A DNA stretch of 64,000 nucleotides from Minisyncoccota bacterium (lineage in GTDB: Bacteria; Patescibacteriota; Minisyncoccia; Phycocordibacterales; UBA918), in assembly GCA_041389045.1 (NCBI GenBank), contig JAWKSQ010000002.1:151898-215897 (forward strand), written 5' to 3'. Shown here piece after piece: positions 37,317 to 45,637 of the stretch. The position numbers and the translations under genes were made by a program. Under the pieces are notes generated by a model. The model worked only from the letters and a program-made list of their open reading frames with translations. It was not told the origin of the DNA and did not search any database. Within the stretch, counting starts at the first letter, position 1, and each line of letters opens with the position of its first letter.

Positions 37317-37835
37317 ATGCGAGGATTTAAAACCTCATGCGGCGGGACTATTGTTATACCCCGCAAGACGGAAAACCACTTGATTGCTCATCCCGAAGAG
37401 TGCAAACTTCTACCTGAAGCAATTGGGCACGTGGTATTACCGAAGGATGGCGCATTCCTCTCAGCAGAAGTTGATATGGGTCGCGTCGTCGGTCGGTCAA
37501 AATGTTTGCAGACATCTCCGATCAGTCTCCATGACCGCACATTGTTTGCGCACCGGGCAGGTCGTGAATACCCATCGCGGGTTATAACTGACATTGGTCA
37601 GGAGACGATGAAAGTCGTCGTACTTGCATTCGCTTCACGAGAAGCAGATACTACATACGTACTTGTAACCTCCTGGTTGGGCTCTTTGGTTCCTAAAGAG
37701 CCCTGGGATAGGAGTATCTGTAGCTACTCAGAACACCAGAAGTGCCTGCACTTCTGGTGTTCCCATGCCCTCACATGGGAGCCAACGATAATGTCGGAGC
37801 CATTTGAGAGCAGTTGGAATGACATTCTGGATTAA
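37317..37835 (+). CDS. hypothetical protein in a patch that looks GC-richer
   Basis: An AAAGGA SD precedes MRGFKTSCGG. The terminator ccctgc..gcaggg plus a T-run lies at 37853-37893. I recognise no family. Confidence 0.5.
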   Translation: MRGFKTSCGGTIVIPRKTENHLIAHPEECKLLPEAIGHVVLPKDGAFLSAEVDMGRVVGRSKCLQTSPISLHDRTLFAHRAGREYPSRVITDIGQETMKVVVLAFASREADTTYVLVTSWLGSLVPKEPWDRSICSYSEHQKCLHFWCSHALTWEPTIMSEPFESSWNDILD

Positions 37836-37949
37836 CCAGTAAGCCCGACGAGGAAGTCCCTGCAACTTCACACTCGCAGGGCTTTTTTCTTTTTATACTA
37901 CTAAACATCTTACTTAGAAGCTTGACCCTACAATTTCCATCGCAAAATT

Positions 37950-37987
37950 AAATACCACAATTAATTATGTAATTAATTGTGGTATTT
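37950..37987. repeat. palindromic element, copy 1
   Basis: aaataccacaattaatta-tg-taattaattgtggtattt is an 18-bp perfect stem followed by a T-run. Confidence 0.85.
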
Positions 37988-38075
37988 ATTTTTTAGTTTA
38001 TGTTCCCAAACCATAGAAATCTCCTGCAGAATAAGTTATTCTTAACAGTGAACTTTATTAATTTACATAACTAGT

Positions 38076-38195
38076 ATGGAAATCTTACCTTACATTCTTC
38101 ATTGGGGTACGCCAATTGGTATCGGATTATTTTTCTTCCTATCAGCTAGTGGCGCCGGTATTTTATTCTGGGGTATCTCTAAAATGAAGAAATAG
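38076..38195 (+). CDS. small membrane peptide (39 aa, below the track cutoff)
   Basis: MEILPYILHWGTPIGIGLFFFLSASGAGILFWGISKMKK. A terminator follows directly at 38219-38240. Confidence 0.35.
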   Translation: MEILPYILHWGTPIGIGLFFFLSASGAGILFWGISKMKK

Positions 38196-38218
38196 ACTTA
38201 GGTCTGCCGGAGGATATT

Positions 38219-38240
38219 AAAACCGCCCTAGGGCGGTTTT
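38219..38240. terminator. bidirectional terminator
   Basis: aaaaccgccc-ta-gggcggtttt lies between convergent genes. Confidence 0.75.
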
Positions 38241-38244
38241 ATCT

Positions 38245-38868
38245 TTATGACAAGTTATCCTTCCCTCCCTTTAAGAGCAACCAAACAGCAAAAGCCATTT
38301 CGCCAAATATACTTGGTATGGCGACTAGGGCTAGAAATATTCCAGCGTAGGCATCGTAGTTTTCTAGTAAGAAATGTGCGCCCGTGTCAATCATGTACAT
38401 GGCACCTGCTACACAAATAAGATACGGTATGAATTTAATCTGCTTCACAATCCGACCAAGAAACAAGAGGTGGACGCCAAAGAAGAACAGCCCAATCAGC
38501 CAGATGTTATTAAAGATTGCTACCTGACCAAGTATCGTTTCCTTGCTACCAGCCGTAAAAACATTGAGTAGAGCAAATACCGCTATTGCCATAATGATCG
38601 CGTGAACGATGCGGAAGTAGGTGCTCGGTAATGAAAAAGGATGAGACCTATATAGCTCGTAAAGTGCCCAAGCGACAATCACATCAAATACTGCTGTGGC
38701 CAGAAAGGCCATGATACCAAAACGCACCAAAGTGAATGGTCCGCTACAGCTTCTAGTGGTGTCTGACGTAATAAATCCAGGACAAAGAAATTGGCAAAAT
38801 CGCCGAGAAAAAATCACTAAATAACTACCTCCAGCTATTAAAGCCAATTGTCTGCGGGTGATACTCAT
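38245..38868 (-). CDS. polytopic membrane protein (DUF4386-like guess)
   Basis: 207 aa with multiple TM helices. The N-terminal third looks scrambled, so internal frameshifts are possible. Confidence 0.4.
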   Translation of the reverse strand: MSITRRQLALIAGGSYLVIFSRRFCQFLCPGFITSDTTRSCSGPFTLVRFGIMAFLATAVFDVIVAWALYELYRSHPFSLPSTYFRIVHAIIMAIAVFALLNVFTAGSKETILGQVAIFNNIWLIGLFFFGVHLLFLGRIVKQIKFIPYLICVAGAMYMIDTGAHFLLENYDAYAGIFLALVAIPSIFGEMAFAVWLLLKGGKDNLS

Positions 38869-38981
38869 ATAAATAAACTATACACCAAATTAAAGTTCAT
38901 ACTGATAATAAATCCACCCCTAAAACACACTCCTTTCCCATCAACTGTGTAGGTTGTCTATGTCTTGATATAATTTTATTC

Positions 38982-39146
38982 ATGAAAAAAGAATATTTTT
39001 ATATTGATATAAACCTGAAGACAAAACAGATTATTGGTCACGGAAAAACTCCGCACGCGAATTTGACCGGTGACACAGGGAACAAAGGCGTCCATCACTT
39101 ACCTTACAAAGGACAATTTAATAAGTTGGTAGCAAAGTTAAATTAA
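38982..39146 (+). CDS. small hypothetical protein (54 aa, below the track cutoff)
   Basis: MKKEYFYIDINLKTKQIIGHGKTPHANLTGDTGNKGVHHLPYKGQFNKLVAKLN. I see no clear SD. Confidence 0.25.
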   Translation: MKKEYFYIDINLKTKQIIGHGKTPHANLTGDTGNKGVHHLPYKGQFNKLVAKLN

Positions 39147-39449
39147 ATGCTCGTATAAATGTGACGGCTGACAAGCTTACCTGTACAGTTACCAAACACT
39201 TGCTACACTACTCATATGAAAAAGCGACTAGAGAAAGCTTCACCCAGCAAAACCAAAATGAAACTGGTGTAACCACACCGGCTCAGCAAATTTGCGTGAC
39301 CGACTAAATAAACTTAAAGCCGGCGGGCACGGAGTAAGTGGCGCTAGTACTCGTAGCAACTTCACCACCAATGTACATAACCGCTTTAAAAATACCCCAC
39401 CAGAAACATCTCCCAAAATCCCGAAAAGGTCTCCGCCCCGGATAAAAAT

Positions 39450-39487
39450 AAATACCACAATTGATTTCGAAATTAATTGTGGTATTT
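39450..39487. repeat. palindromic element, copy 2
   Basis: aaataccacaattgatttc|gaaattaattgtggtattt has the same outer arms as copy 1. Its left end is exactly 1500 nt from the left end of copy 1. Confidence 0.85.
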
Positions 39488-40095
39488 ATTTTATCCGGAA
39501 CAACTCAGCATAGACAAATTAATATTAATATTGTATTGTTCCTGAAACAGTATCACTCCTATTTACGAGGTGCAACCTGCAATAGAACGCATGGAGATTC
39601 TTACCACCTCGTTGGAAGGTGTTTTGCTCTTGGAGTTCATTCAAAAAGACGCTTGGCCTTTGTTCGAGCTCATAAAAGCAATAACCGTAACCACTTAGTC
39701 ATCATGGTGATGAGACTGCTTCCAAGTATCCTGACTTCACGTCAGTTTTACGTAGCATCACTCACCCTGTAGACCCCGACAAACTTCGGTTTGGCATTTG
39801 GTCAGACAGTGTACTTGCAGGAACTATCAACATCACTCCAACCGAAGACCTTTCACAAAGGAAATTGGCTGGCCAAGTTGGTGCGGAATTCTGTGGCCGA
39901 GTCTCGCAACAATTGCCACACAACGAATCATAAATTTCGGTCGCAACAAAACGCAGCAATTAATCAAATGGTTGCGAACGCAAATATCGAAAACCCGCTA
40001 GCCAAAGGGTTCTCTAAAAGCTGGTATGTCACAAACCCGACGTAACGACACAATAGTGTGGTTCGCTGTCGATACGTAACATGAGGAGTAACCTA

Positions 40096-40569
40096 ATGTC
40101 CAACGGAAAAGTAATCGCTCTCTACATTGCCCACCACGCTGGAGAACCCATGCAATCATTGCCATCGGTTATTGCTGGCGCTGGACAAGAAAGGTCTATT
40201 CGGAGACCGCTATTTCAATGGCGGTGGTAGCTGGAATCGTCATCCGGGCAACCAGGTACACTCATTAACAGCATCTTCTTCCCCGGCAGTGGCTTTGCCT
40301 TCGAAGACAGTCGTCGCAATCTCATCGTGGAAGATGTCGAATTGATGGCGCTTATCGGTAAGGAGTTTCAGGTCGGTCAGGCCGTATTCCGCGGACAAAA
40401 GTACTGCGACCCTTGTCAGCGTCAAGTAAACTGGCAGGAAAAAGCACAGCTTTCAAGACGCCTTCACGATCGAGGAGGTCTCGTCGCCGAAATTATCCAA
40501 AGCGGCCCAATATTCGTGAGCGACGCTTTGTTCCACCCAAAGGAACTACTGACATCCAGTCCGCCATGA
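40096..40569 (+). pseudogene. MOSC-domain protein in three frames
   Basis: SD GAGGAG, then MSNGKVIALYIAHHAGEPM. The next frame reads GLFGDRYFNGGGSWNRHPGNQV. The next reads NLIVEDVELMALIGKEFQVGQAVFRGQKYCDPC. Confidence 0.75.
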
Positions 40570-40642
40570 TGACACTACTTCTGCTTGAGGCGAAAGGTAG
40601 TTTTCTTATTTGCTATAGGGACAATTTATGACGAGCTACCCT

Positions 40643-41201
40643 TCAAGGCATTCCCCACCAAGTAAGCTGATCCAAAGTTCCTTTCAAAGCCTGATCGTAA
40701 GGGACTAAAGCATCATTCTTTAGTTGACCGGTGTCATCCAACATAAACCAAGGGGCTTGGATATGCACAGCGCTACGAATCGGTGCCATTTTGTAATTCT
40801 ACTGCCACCTGACGTAACTGCTCCACCACCCGACCACCACCAACACTTCCGTAAGATATAAAACCAACTGCTTTATTGTTCCATTCTGCGTAAACAGAGT
40901 CGAGAACATTTTTCAGTACGGCTGGATAGCCGTGATTATACTCTGGAGAGATAATTATAAAGGCATCAACTTCTGCAATTTTAGTAGCAAACTTCGTCGC
41001 TGTTTCATTTGGATACTGTCCATCTTTAACATAAGCAGGACTCATAGCATAATCAAAAAATGGCATTGCCCAGTCACGAAGATCTAGTATTTCATAAGCC
41101 ACATCTTTGACCTTATCGAGTTCTACAGTTAGCCACGGCAGAACTTTCTCACTAAAGCGCCCTTCTCGGGTACTCCCAACGATTACTTTTATATTCAACA
41201 T
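40643..41201 (-). pseudogene. NADPH-dependent FMN reductase with one frameshift
   Basis: MLNIKVIVGSTREGRFSEKV...ISPEYNHGYP. After the run at 40789-40792 the adjacent frame continues MAPIRSAVHIQAPWFML...DQLTWWGMP*. Confidence 0.8.
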
Positions 41202-41238
41202 ATCAAAATTTAATTTTTAAGTCTGTTCACTCTATGAC

Positions 41239-41300
41239 ATTTACTTTACAAAGTAAAGTAAATACATTACCATGATACATATACTTTACATTGTAAAGTA
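41239..41300. promoter_or_regulatory. two palindromic operator-like sites in the divergent intergenic region
   Basis: atttactttac-aaa-gtaaagtaaat (41239-41263) and tactttaca-t-tgtaaagta (41282-41300) share the half-site TACTTTAC. Confidence 0.5.
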
Positions 41301-41325
41301 CTGATGGATTTGCTATATTTAATCT

Positions 41326-41603
41326 ATGTCAAAACAAGACTGCCTATCTCAAGGTCGCTACCCTACTGTCTGATACCTGGACAATGCTCATTATGCGTTC
41401 ACTCACCGAAGGACCGAAACGCTTCTGAAATAGAGGTGTGGCTGGATGGTATTTCTACCCGCACCCTCACTCAGAAACTACAAAACTAGCTGAGAAGAGG
41501 CGATGAAAAAGCGTAAGACGGCTACTATCAAGTAACCAAAAAAGGCGACGGTCTCAAAATTATCGAACGAGCCATGATTAAATACAGCGAACTGTATCTT
41601 TAA
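41326..41603 (+). pseudogene. HxlR-family transcriptional regulator, multiply frameshifted
   Basis: The fragments read ...LSDTWTMLIMRSLTEGPKRF.., ..LDGISTRTLTQKLQ.. and ..YQVTKKGDGLKIIERAMIKYSELYL*, which is the HxlR winged-helix pattern. It is divergent from the FMN reductase. Confidence 0.7.
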
Positions 41604-41702
41604 TCATCTTTAGTTAGATCCAGTTCAAATTTGCCAAAAATTTTATATAAATGTAGTCTTACTTTTGGGATTGAACATCAACAACAACTGGAGGAATTGG
41701 TT

Positions 41703-41831
41703 ATGAAATACTCAGACGATCTGTTTATTCCCTGCAAAGGTCAAATCTTGACCCAGGGTCGTTGGTATATCTCACTTGGTCAAATCGGCAAATCAAACCA
41801 TGGAATCTGGCAACTTATCAATTTCAGCTAG
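41703..41831 (+). CDS. small hypothetical protein (42 aa)
   Basis: A GGAGG SD lies 7 nt before the internal ATG of track ORF 41631-41831. Confidence 0.35.
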   Translation: MKYSDDLFIPCKGQILTQGRWYISLGQIGKSNHGIWQLINFS

Positions 41832-42295
41832 CTTAGCCTGGTACGCTCTTGGCGACGGATTGCCAGTATCACGCAAGCTAACCCGAATCACGTTGAGATC
41901 AATCTTAGCGATAAGACCTATCATCGAGACAGGCAAGGTAGGTTGATGATTTACTTACAACACTCAAAGAGATCATCGTACTTTACCCCACAGGCCGTAG
42001 TGAGTAAGTCGAACTGCAATTGAAGGGTTGCCCTAAATGCAGTACCATACAAATAAGACCATGTACCCACAACTCGTGGGCTTTTCTTGCTATACTTTAT
42101 CCATGTCGAATCTGCAAATCAAACACTTAACCTGGGGCTGCTTGAGTTGATCCGATACAAATGGTGGTGGGTTTTGTATAAACTCGATTATTAATTAGAG
42201 TTTGAATTTTATTTACAAGTTATTCTAGTATTAACTTATTACTAGAATCATGGTTAAATTGAATGTTAGTTCCTTAACCTCAAAAGGAGTATCAC

Positions 42296-42436
42296 ATGAA
42301 CCTAGACTATCACGTACGTCATGGAATTACTGGGGCAGCAGCCGGATCAGTGATATTTGGCTCCTGGACCGGATTCCTGCTCGTGGCACTTTTGAGCATC
42401 GTTTGTGGTATCGCAGAAGTGAGACGCAACCGCTAA
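42296..42436 (+). CDS. small membrane peptide (46 aa, below the track cutoff)
   Basis: An AAAGGAG SD, then MNLDYHVRHGITGAAAGSVIFGSWTGFLLVALLSIVCGIAEVRRNR. The terminator cccctg..cagggg plus a T-run follows. Confidence 0.4.
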   Translation: MNLDYHVRHGITGAAAGSVIFGSWTGFLLVALLSIVCGIAEVRRNR

Positions 42437-42590
42437 CCGCAAGAGCACACGAGAAGACTACATCCCCCCCCTGCTAGCACCAGGGGCTTTTCTTTTATTA
42501 CGTTATTACGTATTATTGACAACATAAGTTAAACAGCGTATTAAATGGATTGTGTTTGTCAGTCCGACAAACACCAACCGAGGAAACATC

Positions 42591-43049
42591 ATGCGAAATA
42601 GTCAGTCTGCAAATGCGGTAGATTTGGACAGTCAAATCGAAGGAATCGCTAGCCTAGTTGGCAACATCACTACTTATCTGGCCGAGAAAGAACGCCTACA
42701 AGCTGTGATGGAAGGCGTGGAGCAAAAAATTGATGCGGACCTGCCACATTTGAAACAACTCATCGAAGAAGCCGGTGTAAAGAACATTTGTGTCGCAAGC
42801 GATAATCAGACCCTTGAACAGGCACGGACTGAATACTTCAGACTTTACGTCAGGTTTGCTCTATCCACCCTCAAGCAAGTTAGTAGAAATCGGGATTACT
42901 ACATGACCCAAGCTCCTTCAGTACTTAGTGAACTAATTCACAGCTCACTAAGATGGTCAGGTCTTTCACTTGGTCAAATTGAACCCGGACTAACTGAAGC
43001 GGCACTAAACTCCTTAGTAGGACCACCCCGTAATACCAAAAAGTCCTGA
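42591..43049 (+). CDS. hypothetical, probably helical/coiled-coil protein (152 aa)
   Basis: TTGACA-17-TATTAA lies upstream at about 42515-42543, with a GAGGA SD. A terminator lies at about 43075-43105. Confidence 0.5.
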   Translation: MRNSQSANAVDLDSQIEGIASLVGNITTYLAEKERLQAVMEGVEQKIDADLPHLKQLIEEAGVKNICVASDNQTLEQARTEYFRLYVRFALSTLKQVSRNRDYYMTQAPSVLSELIHSSLRWSGLSLGQIEPGLTEAALNSLVGPPRNTKKS

Positions 43050-43117
43050 TCCGTTCTTTTCCCACACCCCCGAAGAAAAGCCCCTGTTGGCAACTCGGGG
43101 GCTTTTTATGATTCATT

Positions 43118-44074
43118 TCAAATAATTCCAGAAACGACCGGGGCGTTTTTTACTCTTCTCGCCAACCAAATTAAAAATATCACAGCTACTACACCGGCCA
43201 AGATTCTTTCTCCTAAAGTATCTGGTAGTGTAAAAGCCAACACTGAAGCAATGATGGCATTTTGTAAATAATTACCAATTCCAAATAAAATAAAACCTCT
43301 GGTCGACAGCCAACCATTTCGCCTGAGGATAAAGTAATAGCCCAAAATTATGGTTGTAAAAACACCGAAAAATAGTGCTAGTGGTAGCTTGGTGCCTGCG
43401 ATAATAATCAAGAGGAGAAAATAAGTGGGAAACAAACTTATGCCTAACCAAAGTGGTTTATAGTTTAATACACTAACGTTAGCAAAATCCGTTGTCTCCT
43501 TAAAACGTTTGGCCAATAAAAAGAAGCCGAGCATTAAGACTAGTAACACAAGCAGTTGTGGCCAGGCACCTGCTACCGGCTCCGCGCCGAAGTAAGCACC
43601 GACACCCAGTAAAAAAACTACCCCGGCAGTAATGACAGTAGTTTTTTTACTTAGCCAAGGCTGTGCTTTAAAGGTCGGGAAGAAATAGTAGGCCAGAAGA
43701 ATCGGAATAGTAACCGAAGCGAGGGCGTGCCAAAAACTAATAGTAACCGCGAACGGGAAACTGATACCTAAAAAATAGCCATAATAATCATATTGAACCA
43801 TCGGCAACTCACTGACCTTAATGAGAGTCTTGGCGATGAAGCCCTCGTTAAAAAGACCATAGGCAATACCTAAAATAAAAATCCCAATTACGGACAAATC
43901 GTAGCGGACAGCCACTTCCCTGATAAGTAAAACGGCTAGACCATAACCAAAAAATAAAATTATTAAACGTGGTATATCCAAAAAAGCGGAAAGTGAGGTG
44001 CTACCAGTTAGTAATTCCGGCAAGAGCATCGTAACTAATATGAGGAAAATAATCGGCCTTATATTTGTTTTCAT
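43118..44074 (-). CDS. polytopic integral membrane protein of unknown function
   Basis: 318 aa with about 9-10 hydrophobic helices. Confidence 0.6.
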   Translation of the reverse strand: MKTNIRPIIFLILVTMLLPELLTGSTSLSAFLDIPRLIILFFGYGLAVLLIREVAVRYDLSVIGIFILGIAYGLFNEGFIAKTLIKVSELPMVQYDYYGYFLGISFPFAVTISFWHALASVTIPILLAYYFFPTFKAQPWLSKKTTVITAGVVFLLGVGAYFGAEPVAGAWPQLLVLLVLMLGFFLLAKRFKETTDFANVSVLNYKPLWLGISLFPTYFLLLIIIAGTKLPLALFFGVFTTIILGYYFILRRNGWLSTRGFILFGIGNYLQNAIIASVLAFTLPDTLGERILAGVVAVIFLIWLARRVKNAPVVSGII

Positions 44075-44112
44075 ATATTAATATTTTACCATCTTTACCC
44101 TATAATAAAGCG

Positions 44113-44424
44113 ATGGATTCTTTTAGTCAGCGAGTCTATGAACTAGCCCTAGATATTCCCGCAGGGTTTGTGGTGACTTATGGTGACCTGGCCAAAGCAG
44201 CTGGTGGTGGAGCCATGGCTTCGCGCAGTATCTCCAGTATTTTAAGTAAAGCTCCCAATCCAAAAGCCATTCCTTGGCACCGTATAGTCTACGCTGGCGG
44301 TAAGGTTTGGTTTTCGCCCGAACACGAAGCCAAACGACGCAAACTATATAAACGAGAAGGTATCATCGTAAACGAAAAAGGTCAGATTGAGGATTTTGAA
44401 GAAATTAGGTACCGGTTCGAATAA
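44113..44424 (+). CDS. alkyltransferase-like (ATL) protein / MGMT-family DNA-binding domain
   Basis: VVTYGDLAKAAG...IPWHRIV has the canonical PCHR active-site Cys replaced by Trp, as in ATL proteins. Confidence 0.8.
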   Translation: MDSFSQRVYELALDIPAGFVVTYGDLAKAAGGGAMASRSISSILSKAPNPKAIPWHRIVYAGGKVWFSPEHEAKRRKLYKREGIIVNEKGQIEDFEEIRYRFE

Positions 44425-44463
44425 AACTAAAACCCCGCGCCAGAGGCGCGGGGTTTTAGTTTT
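44423..44463. terminator. bidirectional terminator
   Basis: aaaactaaaaccccgcgcc-aga-ggcgcggggttttagtttt is a perfect 19-bp stem. Confidence 0.8.
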
Positions 44464-45637
44464 ATTCAACCACTGTTTGACTAGCGTGAAGTATTTCTTT
44501 GGCTTCATCTACCTTAATAACCACCACCTTAACTTTTGCAGAAATGTCACTAATGACACCATCCCGACTAATAGTGAGTTCGTTTTTATCTTTATCAAGT
44601 AGGATACCTAAGCTACTCAACTCAGCTGTAATAAGTGCGCGCAAGACTGAACTTCTTTCGCCAGCGGTGGCTGTAAAAACTAAAGTATCTAATCCGTTCA
44701 AAACAGCAAAGTAAGCGCCAATGGCTTTTTTTATTTGATAAACAAAGCTAGCTATTGCTTGCGTAGCCAACTTATCACCCTTAGCTCGTCTATCTAAAAT
44801 GAAACGTAGGTCTGACTCCCCTGACAAACCTTTAAGTCCGCCGATGGTTTGTAGGTACATTTGTGCGTCTTTAGGCTTTAAGTTGCGAGACTGCATTAAA
44901 GTAAGTAGTGCCCCAGCGTCCAAATCTCCCGCTCGGCTACCCATAACGAGACCACTACCTGGCGCAAACCCCATGGTAGTGTCAATACTTTGACCATCCT
45001 TAGTCGCCGTCACACTAACACCACTACCCAAATGACAGACAATCACTCTTTTAGGATCATGCCCAGTTACAGCATGTAAACGCCCGAGCACTGCTCCTAC
45101 CGATAAGCCATGGTAACCAAACCGAAACAAATCCAACTCAGTCGCTACTTCTGATGGCAAACTATAGTTACGAGCCGACTCTGGCAAAGAAGCATGGAAA
45201 GCACTATCCGAGACAGCTACAAACTTTGCGTGCGGGATGATTTGCCTCAAAGCAGAGATTTCCTTTTGCATATGTGGCACATGTAAAGGGGCCAAATCGA
45301 CACACTTAGAAAGCTCTTTCATAAATCTGTCATCAATAAGCTGATGCTTTTGAAAAAAAGTACCTGGCGCTACTATACGAACAGCAACTACTTTTATTTC
45401 GGTCGTTGACGTGACTACTTGTTCAGTCAGTGCCAGATCAAAAAAGTTCCGCAGACTTGTTTGGTAGTCTTGTCTGGGTAACAACTCACATTTTTGCTGA
45501 GTACCACGCACGGCCGTACACATTTCAAAACCATCTTCACTTCTTTCTATATAAGCACTAATAAGCAAGTCCGAATCTTGGTAGATAGCGTACTTCTTAG
45601 AAGATGATCCTGGATTAACTACAAGCGTGATTGCCAT
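44462..45637 (-). CDS. ackA: acetate kinase
   Basis: LVVNPGSSSKKYAIY, GYHGLS and the HLGSGVS motifs. 391 aa. Confidence 0.95.
   Translation of the reverse strand: MAITLVVNPGSSSKKYAIYQDSDLLISAYIERSEDGFEMCTAVRGTQQKCELLPRQDYQTSLRNFFDLALTEQVVTSTTEIKVVAVRIVAPGTFFQKHQLIDDRFMKELSKCVDLAPLHVPHMQKEISALRQIIPHAKFVAVSDSAFHASLPESARNYSLPSEVATELDLFRFGYHGLSVGAVLGRLHAVTGHDPKRVIVCHLGSGVSVTATKDGQSIDTTMGFAPGSGLVMGSRAGDLDAGALLTLMQSRNLKPKDAQMYLQTIGGLKGLSGESDLRFILDRRAKGDKLATQAIASFVYQIKKAIGAYFAVLNGLDTLVFTATAGERSSVLRALITAELSSLGILLDKDKNELTISRDGVISDISAKVKVVVIKVDEAKEILHASQTVVE

Noticed and set aside
39500-40090. Cupin/RmlC-like gene remnant
   Set aside because: A fragment ...LEGVLLLEFIQKDA... faintly resembles the N-terminus of dTDP-4-dehydrorhamnose 3,5-epimerase. 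The rest does not align in any frame I could follow, so it is too weak to call.
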